A DNA stretch of 64,000 bases from Bispira polyomma (taxonomy: Eukaryota): contig OZ287757.1 in the NCBI GenBank assembly GCA_965649765.1, positions 30,256,001 through 30,320,000 on the forward strand. The letters are read 5' to 3'. The position numbers and the translations under genes are program-made. The notes under the pieces were generated by a model. It made no database searches and was not told the DNA's origin. It was given only the letters and a program-made list of their open reading frames with translations. Positions 43,311 to 56,750 of the stretch are shown one piece after another; positions within the stretch are counted from its first letter, which is position 1; every line of letters begins with the position of its first letter.

Positions 43311-43425
43311 ATATATAACTAGGTTACTGTAACACGTAATATATCTTTGCATACACAACAGCACATCCAACATAGCGATTCAAAAGTTAACACCATAATT
43401 TACACATTTTTTTCACATCAGACAA

Positions 43426-43755
43426 CCCCCCATGTTTGGATAATAGTGTGTATCTACCGTATTGATTATCCCTCACCCCCATGTTTGGATAATAGAGTAT
43501 ATCTACAATATTGATTATCCCTCACCCCCATGTTTGGATAATAGAGTATATCTACTGTATTGATTATCCCTCACCCCCCATGTTTGGATAATATAGTATA
43601 TCTACTAAATTGATTATCCCTCACCCCTATGTTTGGATAATAGAGTATATTTACTGTATTGATTATCCCCACCCAATGTTGGATAATAGAGTATATTTAC
43701 TGTATTGATTATCCCTCACCCCCCATGTTTGGATAATAGAGTATATCTACAATAT
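43426..43755. repeat. About 49-bp minisatellite, 7 copies
   Basis: Unit CCCCCATGTTTGGATAATAGAGTATATCTACTGTATTGATTATCCCTCA. Confidence 0.95.
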
Positions 43756-45514
43756 TTATTATTAATTAAGTAACTACAACCTCAGTCCTGACACAAGGCT
43801 GGATACTACAAGGCTACATGTGGTTGTGTCTGCCAATATAACATCAGGCCGTCCTGACATTGAGAACTAACTAGTGCTGAACACAGAGTGGCCAAACAAA
43901 GGCCTTTGTGAGATGAGAATCTCCTAAGGTTAAAAACTCACCTAGACACAGTTACTACACACCAATTGATAAACTTCTACCCAGATTTTCTATGTTGGCT
44001 TTAAACAATGTTCATGCTCAGAGAAGAAATGTTTACTACTCAATAGATATCAGCCTGAAGCGGAAGGGGGGGGGGGGGGGGGGGGGGGGGGTAATGATGT
44101 AAGTGTAAAAATACATCTAAATTGGAACACACATCATAAACTAAGTGCAGTACTTAACAGTGAGTCATTTTTTTCAAAAGCAGCTAAAAGAGCCAAGAAC
44201 ACAGTACACAATAAAAACACATATGTACTCATTGTGGTAGCAGTAAAGGGACACCCAAAAGATTTGTCTAATTCCTTATTACCGATACACATAAACGTTT
44301 GTATGTAAAGAGGAAGAAATTATAATTAAAAAACCAATTCATATTTAAAGATTGAACAAGAAAAAGATGCTTTTTAAAGTCATTTTAGCAAGCCATACAT
44401 AATAGTTGACTTAAGTTTTGTGTGGGGGGGCACAATATTACAAAAAAGTAGTCCACATAGTACACTTGTCAATAAGACATTAATAGGACGCATCATTAAA
44501 TCAATGATAATCACTTTGGGCAATAAATAAAGTCTTGAGTTTCTGCTATAACTGCCACAATAGTCAACCTTAAAGTCAAAAAACTTTTCATTGAATGAAT
44601 ATCACCTGGCCTTGGCAATTGGCAATGCAACAAAAGAATACATACATGTATAATATTAGAACAACTCAGACACTTGAAGTACACACATATTTTCACATGC
44701 AAAAATTTTGCTAGCTCTTAATTGTACGGGGGAAGGATAATCTTCCATATTAATACAAAAACTCTATTTAAGGCATTGTGGGGCGTTGTAGACCACTGTT
44801 TTTGGTATAAACGAAAAACTTGGGCTGCAAAAAGATTCATCTGACAATTATTTCTCAAGTCAGACTTCAAGACTTAAAAATATAAGCACCTTTCTTGATA
44901 ATATGTGCTACCGTTAACTTCTGCTACTGTAAGTCTGTCATATGTCCACAGTCAATGTCACAATTTACAATTTTATCACAGCTGACGTCATAATTAACAT
45001 TTTTATTGGAGTTTGTTTTTTCCTGCTTTAAACCCTTGTCTGTGGTAGGCGCAAAAGGGAATCAATATTAATCCTGTAGCACCTTATTCTACATTTATCA
45101 GAATCAACATAAAGACATTTACAAGCCCTATGTCACGTTTCAGAAGTAACTTCAAAGCCCAATTTGCGTAAGCTAACAAAGCTTGCCTATCCTCCATATT
45201 TTTTCCCACCTTTTCTTCACATACTCTTACGGTTTGGGGTTTTCAATTCAAATACACTGAATAAGTTGCATTAAAAATCTTGATTACCATTATTTTACAT
45301 AATTGCAAGACTTAAGTTAATCTAATTAAGAGAACTTCCCGAGAAATCTCACTACATGTTAATGCATTGCTGGTGTATACATTTTGGCCTTTGCATTTTA
45401 AAGTCGATTACGATTTAAAACTGTACTAATTAATGCAGTACTAATTAAAAAAGTAAGTAAACTTGATGGGACTAAACTTATCAAATTTTTTATTTACCTC
45501 TCACAACAGAGTAA

Positions 45515-45851
45515 GCCTGGGCTTCCCTTCAGCCTGTTTTTTCTCCGCGGACGTCGGCTGATGTTATCGGTCTTTACATAATACTATCAAGTGCTTCCAT
45601 TCAACATTCTCTCACTAAGATCAGATCAGACGACGGCCGGCGTCTGTTACACTATCACAATTTATTGGTCAGGGAGTGAAAAAAAATGGGAGGTCAGTCC
45701 AATTTTTTAACAAAAATTAAGAAGAAAATTTTTTATATTAAAATATTTAGTACATATCGCATAAAAGGAAGCGCTACATCGGCCGACATTGGATAGACTC
45801 CGATTTTAATAAATCGACCGACGTTGGTGACTGCTGAAAGGAAGTCCAGTC
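45515..45851. mobile_element. MITE (inverted sister copy at about 41977-42243)
   Basis: TIR GCCTGGGCTTCCCTTCAGC / GCTGAAAGGAAGTCCAGTC; the two copies share about 100 bp of inverted homology. Confidence 0.6.
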
Positions 45852-48800
45852 TAACTCTGACTATAATTTTCTGAGTAATATCCCGTAGAAGCCCTTTAAG
45901 TTGAACTCTGTTAAGTTAAATATTTTTACCCTATTAAGTCAAAGTCCTGCTTAACTTAAATAGACATATTTCTGTCTCAGCTCAACATTGGATTTAAACA
46001 CTTTCACAGGCTGTAATAGTTATTTCTGATGTGATTTAATGAGCAAATATTAAATGAAAACCATTGTAGTCATAATTACAGATACCATACATTGTACATG
46101 AATAGCTTAAATCTGTAGAAAACAACACTCTGTATATGCATTACATTAACCATTAGATACAGCACTGATCTTCACTACATTTGAGGGAATGAAGAAGAGT
46201 TAACATCAACCAATGATGGCTGGTATATATTTTTTCTCTTATTCTCTGTGTAAAGATATGTGATGTTTTATGCCGCACTATGACAGACAAAAAGAGGACA
46301 GCTGTGGATTACGAGTACCATTTCTGGCCACTTAATTAGCCCCTCTAGCATTTGCTTGCACATTGATACTGGGGGCTCAGCATTCAGTAATGGCTACTTT
46401 TATATCTCCCATAACCCTGAAAGATTGATTACTATTCCAGTGATCTTTACATTGGCAAAAATGGTGTCGAGGGATGGAATTCTGGAGAACCCTTTGGTAG
46501 ATTAACAAGTGTTTGAAGTAGTTTCTTCAACTAAAATAATTCTACTGTATAATGTAGATATCAACTGCAATGAAAATAAATCTTTTTTGGGTAAATTTAA
46601 ATGCTATAAAACTGCAACAAAAAAAAATTTTCTTTTAATTTTGGAATCCTACTTTAGAGTGTGTGTGATGCCAATCAGCATTCTATCATTTGATGTCTGG
46701 TTGGATCAAATAATAAATACAAAACTTACAGAAGCTTTGTACACTTTTGACAAGTATACCATTATTACCATAGTTCAACTTCAGCTCCTATTCACAAATC
46801 CCAAACAATAATACACTAAGATGGTAAAAACGTCTATTATCTGAACATCTATTATCCAAATATTTAATTTTATTAATCAAATTTCACTCTTCCAAATTTA
46901 GGATTTCCGAAATTGTTTTGTACAAAAGTGCATCTTTATTTTAGAAACCTTCTTTTATGCAAAGAAAAACATGTTCGGATTATAGAGGTTCTACTCGAAA
47001 AATAGCATAACAAATGTTACTTAGGCACAGATCACATATTAACTCTAGGGCCAAAAGGATCAAGTAGAAGTGATGTTATGATTAATGGCACTATATATGA
47101 GTATACTCTATCATCAGCTTGCCTAGATCGAGTTATCTGTACTCGCCGATGCTTTGATTTTTACCTTTCTGAGGGACAGAGTTCTTAACTACAGCAAATC
47201 CTTGGAAATCTGACACGGCAATTTATTATGTTCTCTTCAACGTAAAATATATACCTCAATATTTTCAAAAAATGATCTTTAATCCAGCACTTTTAGGTTG
47301 GCCATAAGTTATAATATTGTGTACAGCTATTTGATTAATAAAAATACAACCACAGACTAAATGGAAAGATGACAATTTTCTGTTCTTGGTGCCATTTCAC
47401 ATTACAACGATTTGCTATAGTAAATAACCCTGTCCTTGTCGTGTGTACATAAGTAAAATTTATAGCATTGTCGAGGACATAAAACTTAGTCTACAGCTTA
47501 CCAAGAGACAGGCCTTGGAAGAGAAACGTAAAGGTTTTAACAAAGTTCAAAGGCAGGCCAGACGACTTTTCCCAGAAATGGTTTGTTAAATCAAAATTAT
47601 TTATTTATGACATTTTACCTTTACAACAATGCTTTCCCAATACAGTAGAACCTCTAATATCCGAACTTTTATAATCTAAATATTCAATTTGATGAAGTCA
47701 ATGCAACTCTCCGAAATTGATGTTACTATATTGCTTTATACAGAAATGCCTTGTCTATTTTAAGTTCTTTCTATTATCTGAACAAAATCTTGCCCATCTG
47801 AACATATTCTGATAATACAGGTTCCATTGTATTAATATCTAAATGTCACAATTGGGGTAAAAATATGCAGAAAGTATCTCTCACGGGATACTATCACTTC
47901 AAAAATAGAGCAAAAACCTAACTGACTACATGTTTACAATAAAATTATACATTAATTGATGAACTTCTCATACAAAATAGTACCTACATTACTCTTGGTA
48001 ACAAAAAGGGAGAGATAAAAACAGCTTAACTGTACCATTCTTCTTTTTTTAGTTCCGAGTGCACATGCGTTGATATCAGAAGTGAACAATCTTAGTGCTC
48101 ATAAACAAATTAACTTAAAATTATAAGCTGTCAAAATATATTAAAATGCTAATTCTTAGTTATTATTACAAAATTCGAAATAATGGCTTCAGATTTTAAT
48201 ATACGATGCAGACGTATTAGTAACTTTGTAACAAGTATAAGTATTGCAACATTTAGCTTATGGAAGCTGTATTGTCCCTTTTTGTGAGTCTGTTCAAATA
48301 CTAGCAAGGAATCTCACTAAATGGGTCGGTATAAACACCGTGATTATATGGTTGCAGGTTAATTCTAAGATAAACGACTGTAATGGTCAACATATGGAAT
48401 TTATTTAGTGAGCTTTCGTCAGTAAGGTGATAGATACTACACTTAATATATACAGTATAACGGTTCCACTGTAGAACTATACTAGAACCTCTATTATCCA
48501 ACCCCCTATTATCCGAATATTCCACTTTATGAACTTAAGTTCACTCTCCCCAAAAAAAACAAAAAAAAATTTTGTTGCTGTTCTGCACTAAAATGTCATT
48601 TCTATTTTACAAACCTTCTATTATGCAAACAAATTCTCGCTCTCCCAAGATCTTCGTAAAATAGAGATTATGCTGTATATCTATTCAATGAAATGTAACC
48701 AGATGTTTCGACCTTCCAAATGTTTCGACCCTCTTTTTTTAGATGATTCAACCATCTTTTTGAAAAGATTTTTTTTTGGAATTTTACTTTTATTTACATG

Positions 48801-48879
48801 TGGATATTGTGAAATTATTAATGGAACTATGTCAACCCAAAACTCGTGAACAGCTAACGATTTTTAACATCTAAGTTAA

Positions 48880-49916
48880 TGAGCCAGTTCGTAGATCTGA
48901 CTGCGCAGCCGTAGTTACAATCTGCCGGTCTTATATACGGCACATAAACAAAAAGCACCTGTATACGGCAAATGTGCAGCCAACAGCCAATTTAACGTGG
49001 GTACCCGTATTTAAAAGTTAATATCTCGGTCATTTCCCAAGGGATTTTGATGGAAAAAATATCATAGTAATTGCAATAGCCTTGTGTCTCGTACATTCGC
49101 GAGTTTTAACCATTTCTTTATAAGCTTATTTCACATTGAAAAAGATCGTTCTTGGCGAAAACTGAAGCTGTATTTTAATCTAGTGATATTAAAATATTAT
49201 TATGTAATGTAAAAGATATAAAACACATTTGGTTTTTGAAGAAAAACGGCAAATATCGAATTTACAAGACCCTCGAATCAACAATAACCAACGATATAAA
49301 AAACTTTCTCATCATATTTTTGTGAAATTTTTACCTACAGTATTTTCTGAGTAATTAATTAATAATCGGCATTTTTATTTTACAAAATATCGTGCTTGTA
49401 TAAAAGTTCAATGGGAATGTTATCCTTTAAAAATGAAGTAAACATATTTGCAAAGAACCACTACTTATGCATCATATATCTAAATCTCAGGCCATTATTT
49501 GGAATAATAACTCAGAAATAACATTTTAATATATTTTGCAAAGTCAGATAAGTCTATTTGTTTATGTGCGCCCAAGATTTTCACTTCCGTTGAACTACGC
49601 ATGCGCACTCTGAACTAGGAATTGGCTTATATTTTTTTAATGTTCATCACTCTTTGATGGAGTTTAATCAAATAAAAGATAAATTAACTGTATATCTGCA
49701 GACTTTGTTTTTTTTATTAAGTCTGTGGCTGATGTATACCGGAATACCGCGGAAGTGAAGCATGTGTATATGAGCGACAATGGAAGAATTTAATGCAAAT
49801 TAGGCACCTCTAACCTTTGACTTAAAAACATAAAATATATTATAATTTTTTCTAAATAAGCATATATATCTATTCAATAAATAAAGCTACTTTTGACAGT
49901 TTCCGTGAACTGCTCA
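48880..49916. mobile_element. TTAA-flanked non-autonomous DNA transposon (Kolobok-like)
   Basis: TTAA|TGAGC(C)AGTTC ... GAACTGCTCA|TTAA; internal segment repeated at about 30670-30850. Confidence 0.55.
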
Positions 49917-50125
49917 TTAACATATATTCTGTAATGCAACAATGACTGGCCAGAACACACATTCAGTAATAAAGTGTCGATGTCTTCACAGATTATTCGG
50001 TCTAGTTTTGTGTTAAAATTTATATACGCAAACATATCTCCGTATATAACCACTGCGTTCTGTTATTAGCCTAACAACTTCAACTGGTTGCTTGAGGCAA
50101 AAATATTTGAATTAAACAAACTTAC

Positions 50126-50334
50126 TATGCATCGTTGGAGAAATTTGGAGTCTTTGGTGACTCAGTGCTGTGGAGATGACCATATAAGATATCAAAACAG
50201 AAGTAACACATATCTGGCTTAACAGTCATTCCATTGTGATAATTTGCCGGGTGTACAGAAGACCCATTGCAGCAAATGGAAGGCATAGAATTGTTTAATT
50301 TTTGTTTTTTCACTCCACAACATCCGGCTGCCAT
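50126..50334 (-). CDS. AMMECR1: AMMECR1 coding exon 1
   Basis: Starts MAAGCCGVKKQKL (diagnostic N-terminus) and contains MCYFCFDILY; donor TA|GTAAGT at 50125, phase 2. Confidence 0.96.
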
Positions 50335-52839
50335 ATTGAAACTGTACCACCAACTACCAAAATGATCGGCAGGATTCGAAGATGACAGTACTATAAGCCT
50401 GATACCCTGGTTTTTGTCAAAAGGTAAATCCACAATTATCTCACTTTTAAAACTCAAATTCGTTTAAAGAATATACTTTCAAGTCATATGAGACATAATA
50501 TAAACTTTGTGAATTAAGATAATAACAGAAAATACGAAATAAGCCCATTTTAGAGGATCATATTTGATATTTTACTATTTGGTAAATACAAATTCCACCA
50601 AAGAGCTATCATAGTTTTATTGTTTTTTACTTTGTTGCTTTCATTAATTCGGCACAAATTACTGTTAGCCACATTGAAAGTTAATCATTTCAAATTATGT
50701 CTTTGTTCATATGTAAAGGATAATTCAGAGATAAATCTAATTGCAATAGACTGTTTCAATTGTCAATATTATTGTAGAATACTGAGAAGAAATGTTGCCT
50801 GTCATACATAGTTTGATACACCAAAGTTCCATTAAAATACCATATTACTACACAGAAGGTCACAATACGGTTCAACGCACATTTCAATGTATCAAACGTA
50901 GATTTCTTAAAAATAAAATGTAGTATTCTGAATACTTTAATTCATAGGAATAAAGTAAATAGCATGTGTTTTCAATATTAATTTCCATTGGTAAGTTCTA
51001 TAAAAATGCAACTGGCAGTATTGTGACCTGGACACTATTATGACCGCCTGTGTACCTTTAACAATGATTGACCAGAAATAGATTTGGTATTTGTTATGTA
51101 ACAATTTTACAACACTGTTTAATGGCTGAAAAATATTGTTTTATTTTTTTGCTGAGTATGGAAAAAAAATTAAGACTGATGACTACCTATTTTTGTAAAT
51201 AGTGGGTTCACTAATGCAATAATTAGTCATTAATAAGATGGAACAAATTCATGAAGGGGAATAAAATGTGAATATAAACTCAGGTAATTTTATAACTTTG
51301 CTATAAATTATTTTTCTAATTGATGATGAAATCGCAAGTATATTCTATACATGGTAAACAGTGTTATTCCCCCTGAATTCCACTGCAAAAGTTAACCTTT
51401 TTTTATCTGTATATATTGTTTAGTTTGATATAAGCACATACCAAAATTGTAAATCCTAGCAAACCATTGCATTTAAACTAAGCCAAGGACTGACTTGTGT
51501 ACTATTGGAGCTTTGAATACCGCTGTACCCATTTTGTTTATTTTGTTCACAAATACAATGATGTCACAGTTTACCATACCACAAAAGAGGAACTGAAGAA
51601 GATGGGAACCAATATAAGTGGTGAGTTTGAGAAGGCTGATCTCGCTGAAAAGTAGTTTTGGGGGTTTTGGTGAGCTCTTGAAAAATAACTGCCAGTCAAA
51701 CTTAAGATCTATATCCTAATGTAATGTAATGCAATGTATTAGCTTCTTTTTCCCTTAATATTCTGTCCCCTAGGTGCACATCTAGAGCCAGATTCAAAAA
51801 GAATTTTTAGTCTAAACTATTTATCCAGCCCATATCCAGTGATAATTGGAAGCAAGAAACTATCTGTGAGGGGATAGCTAGCCATCCGGCTGAAGTTACT
51901 TTACATTTTGCAACTGGGCTCTAATCAAAGAAAACAATACTATTTCTATTCACAAACTCTAGGAGTGACATTAACGTTACATACAAAACTGCTCTGTGAT
52001 CACTTCTACATGTTCACCTTTATACTGTCATTGTTATTATCGATTGCACCTAATCTCTGAACTCTTGCACCTCATGAGGACAAGGTATTGAACAAGTACT
52101 TGGAACAATAACACCACCAAATTCAAATATTAAAAAATATATATATTTACAAGACAGGTTGATTATTAAAATACTGCCTTGATTAAAAAAAAAAACTGCT
52201 GCAAACCATAAACAGAATAGTATATATTATAATTTCAGATACATTTTAAGAAACATTGGTTTAAACAAAAAATGTTAAATTCGCTCCAAACAATGAGGGA
52301 GGAAAATATATATGATGTAGTTGTTAACAATTAATGCACTATAAATAAACAGATCTAAAACAAAAGAGCGACATGTTCGGACACTTGGCAGTTTAGCTTG
52401 GCATGCTGAAAGTAGAACATTGCTTGAATATGACTTGTCTGTCATTAATTTCAAGTACTGAGACTTCTTGACTAACTCTTTGGTTGAATGTGAACAGATA
52501 ATATAAATTTGACAAGTATATATTGTTGCATGATTTCATCAGTAAATTTGCGGTAATGTTATCTTTCTCTGTATTTACATGAAATGTATTATTCTTGACG
52601 TGAATGAAATGTATTATTGTGGACGTGAATTTCTCTAATACGACATGCATCCTGACATTATTAGCATTCATTTTTCAAAAGTGTATGTATTTTAGTATTC
52701 CTGAATACAATATGTACATGTATTTTTTTTATATAACTTATTTCTCTGAATGTCACATGATGGTAAGAACATTATATACCTTGTCAGTTATTTAAACATT
52801 AAAAGTCCTAACTTAATAACCCTAACATTTTAGTTTATG

Positions 52840-55277
52840 GGTATATACTAAAAGCTGGAGGGGTGCGGTGGTGATGGGGGGGTGCGGTAGCGATTGAGGT
52901 GGGTGCGGTGGCGATGGAGGGGTGCGGTGATTTGAGTTGATTAAATTGCTCTATCTATCCTATTACTTCACCTACAATATGCGTTTTGGTATCACCAGAA
53001 AGCCCTTATCATCTACTTTTTGATAGGTTTAACAATTTTATTTTATAAATGGTTATGAAGATAAAATTGTTTATATTAATAAAATTGCACTCTATATATG
53101 CAAATTTATGACACACAGTTTTATTAATAAGTCAGGAATTACTGCAGATAATAATTTAACAGTAATATAATGAGAAGGCTTATTTTATTGTGAACACTGT
53201 CCTTTTGTTGCATCAAAATCGGATGAGAAATAGCTGAGATATTTAAGTTTAAATTCAGTAACCCATCCTAACTTAACCTAGAGTATTAAGGTTCTCAGTG
53301 CCGAGTGGTTAGCAAGTTTGGCATCTAATCACAGGCTGTCTCCTCTACGTGGGTTCACCTTCCTCAAGTGGCAAATGCTGGGGGTCTGTCCCAATATGAC
53401 CCTGGCTGTTAAACGGGACGTAAAACCTTAAACTTTGACTTTGTAGCAGTGACTAGTTGAGACACCTACAGGTGGGGCAGCAAACAAACTATATATATAC
53501 CACACCCTAGATCTCCAAGTGGACCCCCAAGTCTTTTTACTTGTAGGGGTGCGGCAGTTGGATTCAATAAGTCAGGAATTACTGTAGCTAAAAATTTAAC
53601 AAAAATAAGAAGGGAAAACTTATTTTATTGTAAACACTGTGCTTTTTGTTGCATTTAAATCAATTGAGAAATAGCTGAGATATTCAAGTTTAAATTCAGT
53701 TACCCATCCTAACCTAGCCTAGAGTATTGTAGCAGTGGCTTAAGGTCCTCAGTGGCCGAGTTGTTAGCAAGTTTGCCATCTAATCACAGGCTGTCGCCTC
53801 TGTGTGCATGGGTTTGCCTCCCACAAGTGACAAATGCTGTCGGCCTGTCCCAATATGACTCTGGCTGTTGAACGGGACGTAAAACCCTAAACTTTGACTT
53901 TGTAGCAGTGACTAGTGGAGACACCTATAGGTGGGGCTGCAATTACTGTTTGGGTTGATTACAATTAGTGTTTGAGTTGGATGACTTTTGATTATTATTG
54001 TGTGGGTCAGTGTGTAACTTGTGATTATTGTGATCTACTTATTAGTGGGGAAATGTACAAACTGTTGTGGACCTAGTAACATTTAATAATGATAATACAA
54101 TATATCAACAATGCAATTAGTGGATATATACCTATAAAACATTAAATAAACATGTACATTAATAATATACATTTTAAAAAGTAATAGTTAATTAGTTACA
54201 TTACGTAAGTGTGTTAACATTACAATGTCCTTGATTATTGTCACTTATATTGATGGCATTTGACATCTTGTTTATGGTATCGTAATGGAATGGTAATTTT
54301 ATACGGGATGCTGATAAGAAACTGGAGGCACAAAATAAGGCTGATAGCCTGGATAATGTGGAGGTTTATAAGTTGGTTGGACATTGTTCCCAATAGCTTG
54401 GCTGTACATAAATTGTTGATCCATTCTTACACTTTTAGTCCTTTTATTTTATTAGGAGCTAGAAGTTAATAGAAAAAAAGCTATAGTTTATCACAGCTAA
54501 TCACAGTCTAAGCCAGTTACCCTTTTCAATTATAAGGTGATCATTTCTAGAATAGAAGCCACACTATTATTAATTAAATAGGAAGTGACAGATGTATATG
54601 GGTTTGTTTGTTTACTCTATTCAAACAAAAGGCTTTGTTTGTTTTGTGGACATTGAGTTGTTCTTTTTGTATGCCTATAACATGTTCTATAGCACCTCTT
54701 TTAATACTATTGGAAGATAAATTGACCAATCACAATCAACCTCAGCCCAAGTACAAGGAGTGATTTTACTAAATCCGGCTGCCTGGTTACAGAGTATTTA
54801 AGGTAGAAAAGAAAATAATGGATAGGGTTGCAACTAAAATTCATAAAAGTAGTAAACATTTATAACTTTTGTGAATATTCACAGATATTAAAGGGAATGA
54901 CTACTTAACAATTTCAAATGCATCCTGAAAGCTAATTCACCAAGATAAATCTTCAGAAGCTATTTGTTTAAGGGTCTTTTTGAAATGTTCGGCCATCTTG
55001 GATTTAACAGGAAATCACCTAGTCCTATATTTTTCAAGATATCTCAAAAAATCAACAGTTCAGACCTGTTTTCATTTATACTGAAATGTCAGGCTAAGAT
55101 TGATGTTTATTTTCATATATGATTTGTAGGACCAGCACTTCGCCGGACTTTAGTATAGCCCAAAAGGCTATAAGATAATGTATAGCAAAATTAATAGTGG
55201 TCTCATTCCACAAAGGGGGTGAGGCAAAATGTTGCGGGGTGCGGGCCCAACTCCACCTTCAGCTTTTAGTATATACC
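52840..55277. mobile_element. 2.4-kb non-autonomous TIR element
   Basis: 22-bp TIR GGTATATACTAAAAGCTG(G/A)AGG (21/22); GGGGTGCGG subterminal repeats; both flanks begin TAGTTT. Confidence 0.6.
53742..53903 (+). mobile_element. Short tRNA-derived SINE family B (duplicate at about 53288-53442)
   Basis: A-box TGGCCGAGTTG; tail AATATGAC..GCTGTTGAACGGGACGTAAAACC; TSD GTAGCAGTG. Confidence 0.75.
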
Positions 55278-55991
55278 TAGTTTGGTAGTTTTCGGTGTTA
55301 TCAAACTGTACGGCAAGTCGTCAAGTACTATTTCCTGGTTTGCAAAAATATTATATTCACTTTACTTTATAGACTCTGATTCTTTTAAAAGTAGTGGTCA
55401 TAATTTTATATTACAATGTTTCTTTCTACAAGGGTGACTCTTCACAACCACGAAAGCAGCGGTATAACACTAGCTTGGGCGATAAAACAATTTTAAGTCG
55501 CCTAATGGTTGTTTTAAAAGCTGTGTTTTTGCGTGTACTTCAAAGCAAAGATGGATACTGTATGTCTGATAACATTTGGCATTCTCTCGAAAATGCCAAA
55601 TGTTCGAGAGAATATGCTAAAATTAAATAATCCCCGGGGACTATAACAGGATAATTGTTTAATCTCCCCTAAAAAAAATAGGGGCTTGGTTTTTTGCGGG
55701 AAAGAGTAGAAGGTTAAGAAAATTTAATATATCCAAGTTAACACTATGTTAACGTAGGGGTAACTGTAATTTAACACTTTAGAAAAGGATAGTTGGCACA
55801 TTGAATCCTAAATATCCTCACCTAGACCCCCAAACAGCCTAAAATATAATGAAATTAAGTGAGAAATGGGTCCAGTAAAATATGTATTCGTACACGTTTG
55901 TTTCTAATTTGTGCATTTAATTTAATGAATGACAAATTCATGAAGTACTCCTTCAAAATTGATTACAAAACAAACCAGGATAGACTATTAC

Positions 55992-56369
55992 TAGGGGTGA
56001 GACGGGCCCTAAAAAACGGCCTGAATAATCGCTAGCATCTAACCGTTCCCAAACCGGGTACCCGCGAATTTAGTATGCACCAATCTCAGAAACCAGTCTA
56101 ACAAAATGGCGGCAGATGTAAACAAAATCTATCGAAAAATAAAGGACAATATATGGGGGAATATTAGAAATTAGAAGGAAAACGTATGTTGGGAGCAGAA
56201 ATTAGACCAAAGTTATTGTTTTCGCGAAGTGAATTAGGATTATACGCGATAATGACAGATTTTTACTATAAAACGTATACGTTTTCGAGTCCCGGAATAG
56301 CAATTTCGCCCCGGTTTCCCCAAAAATTCGGCCCATAATCGGGTAACCGGGCCCCCTGTCTCACCTCTA
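55992..56369. mobile_element. hAT-like MITE (related copy at 6444-6820)
   Basis: TIR TAGGGGTGAGAC/GTCTCACCTCTA; 6/8-matching 8-bp TSD; internal CGGGTACCCGCG shared with the 6444 copy. Confidence 0.65.
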
Positions 56370-56596
56370 ATTTTTACTGATTTTTCAAAAGGAATTGTTA
56401 TGCTATTTTAAAGTATTTTTACCAAACATAATGCCAGACGAAAAAGCGTATTCAATTAGTATTGTCTATGTTTTGTTACTTAGTGGGGATTCTCTCTATA
56501 TAGCCCCCTAGGGAAACCTATGTGGAGTACCAAAACATGATCATTGGTGACGTACACGCTTCTTCGTAAATGTAAAATGATGGGTGTATCTAATAA

Positions 56597-56750
56597 CCCC
56601 AGGGATTATAACAGGATTATATATGGTACTGAAGTAGTCCCCAGGGATTATAACAGGATTATATATAGTACTAAAATAGTCCCCGGGGATTATAACAGGA
56701 TTATATATAGTACTGAAATAATCCCTGGGGGTTATAACAGGATTATATAA
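56597..56750. repeat. 42-bp tandem repeat, about 4 copies
   Basis: Unit CCCCAGGGATTATAACAGGATTATATATAGTACTGAAATAGT. Confidence 0.95.

Noticed and set aside
42961-43755. CRISPR-like look of the two adjacent palindromic arrays
   Set aside because: Units are contiguous with no unique spacers, there are no cas genes, and the context is a eukaryotic intron.
50335-50457. N-terminal extension of AMMECR1 in the ORF track
   Set aside because: Starts at TTG; the conserved MAAGCCG start is at 50334.
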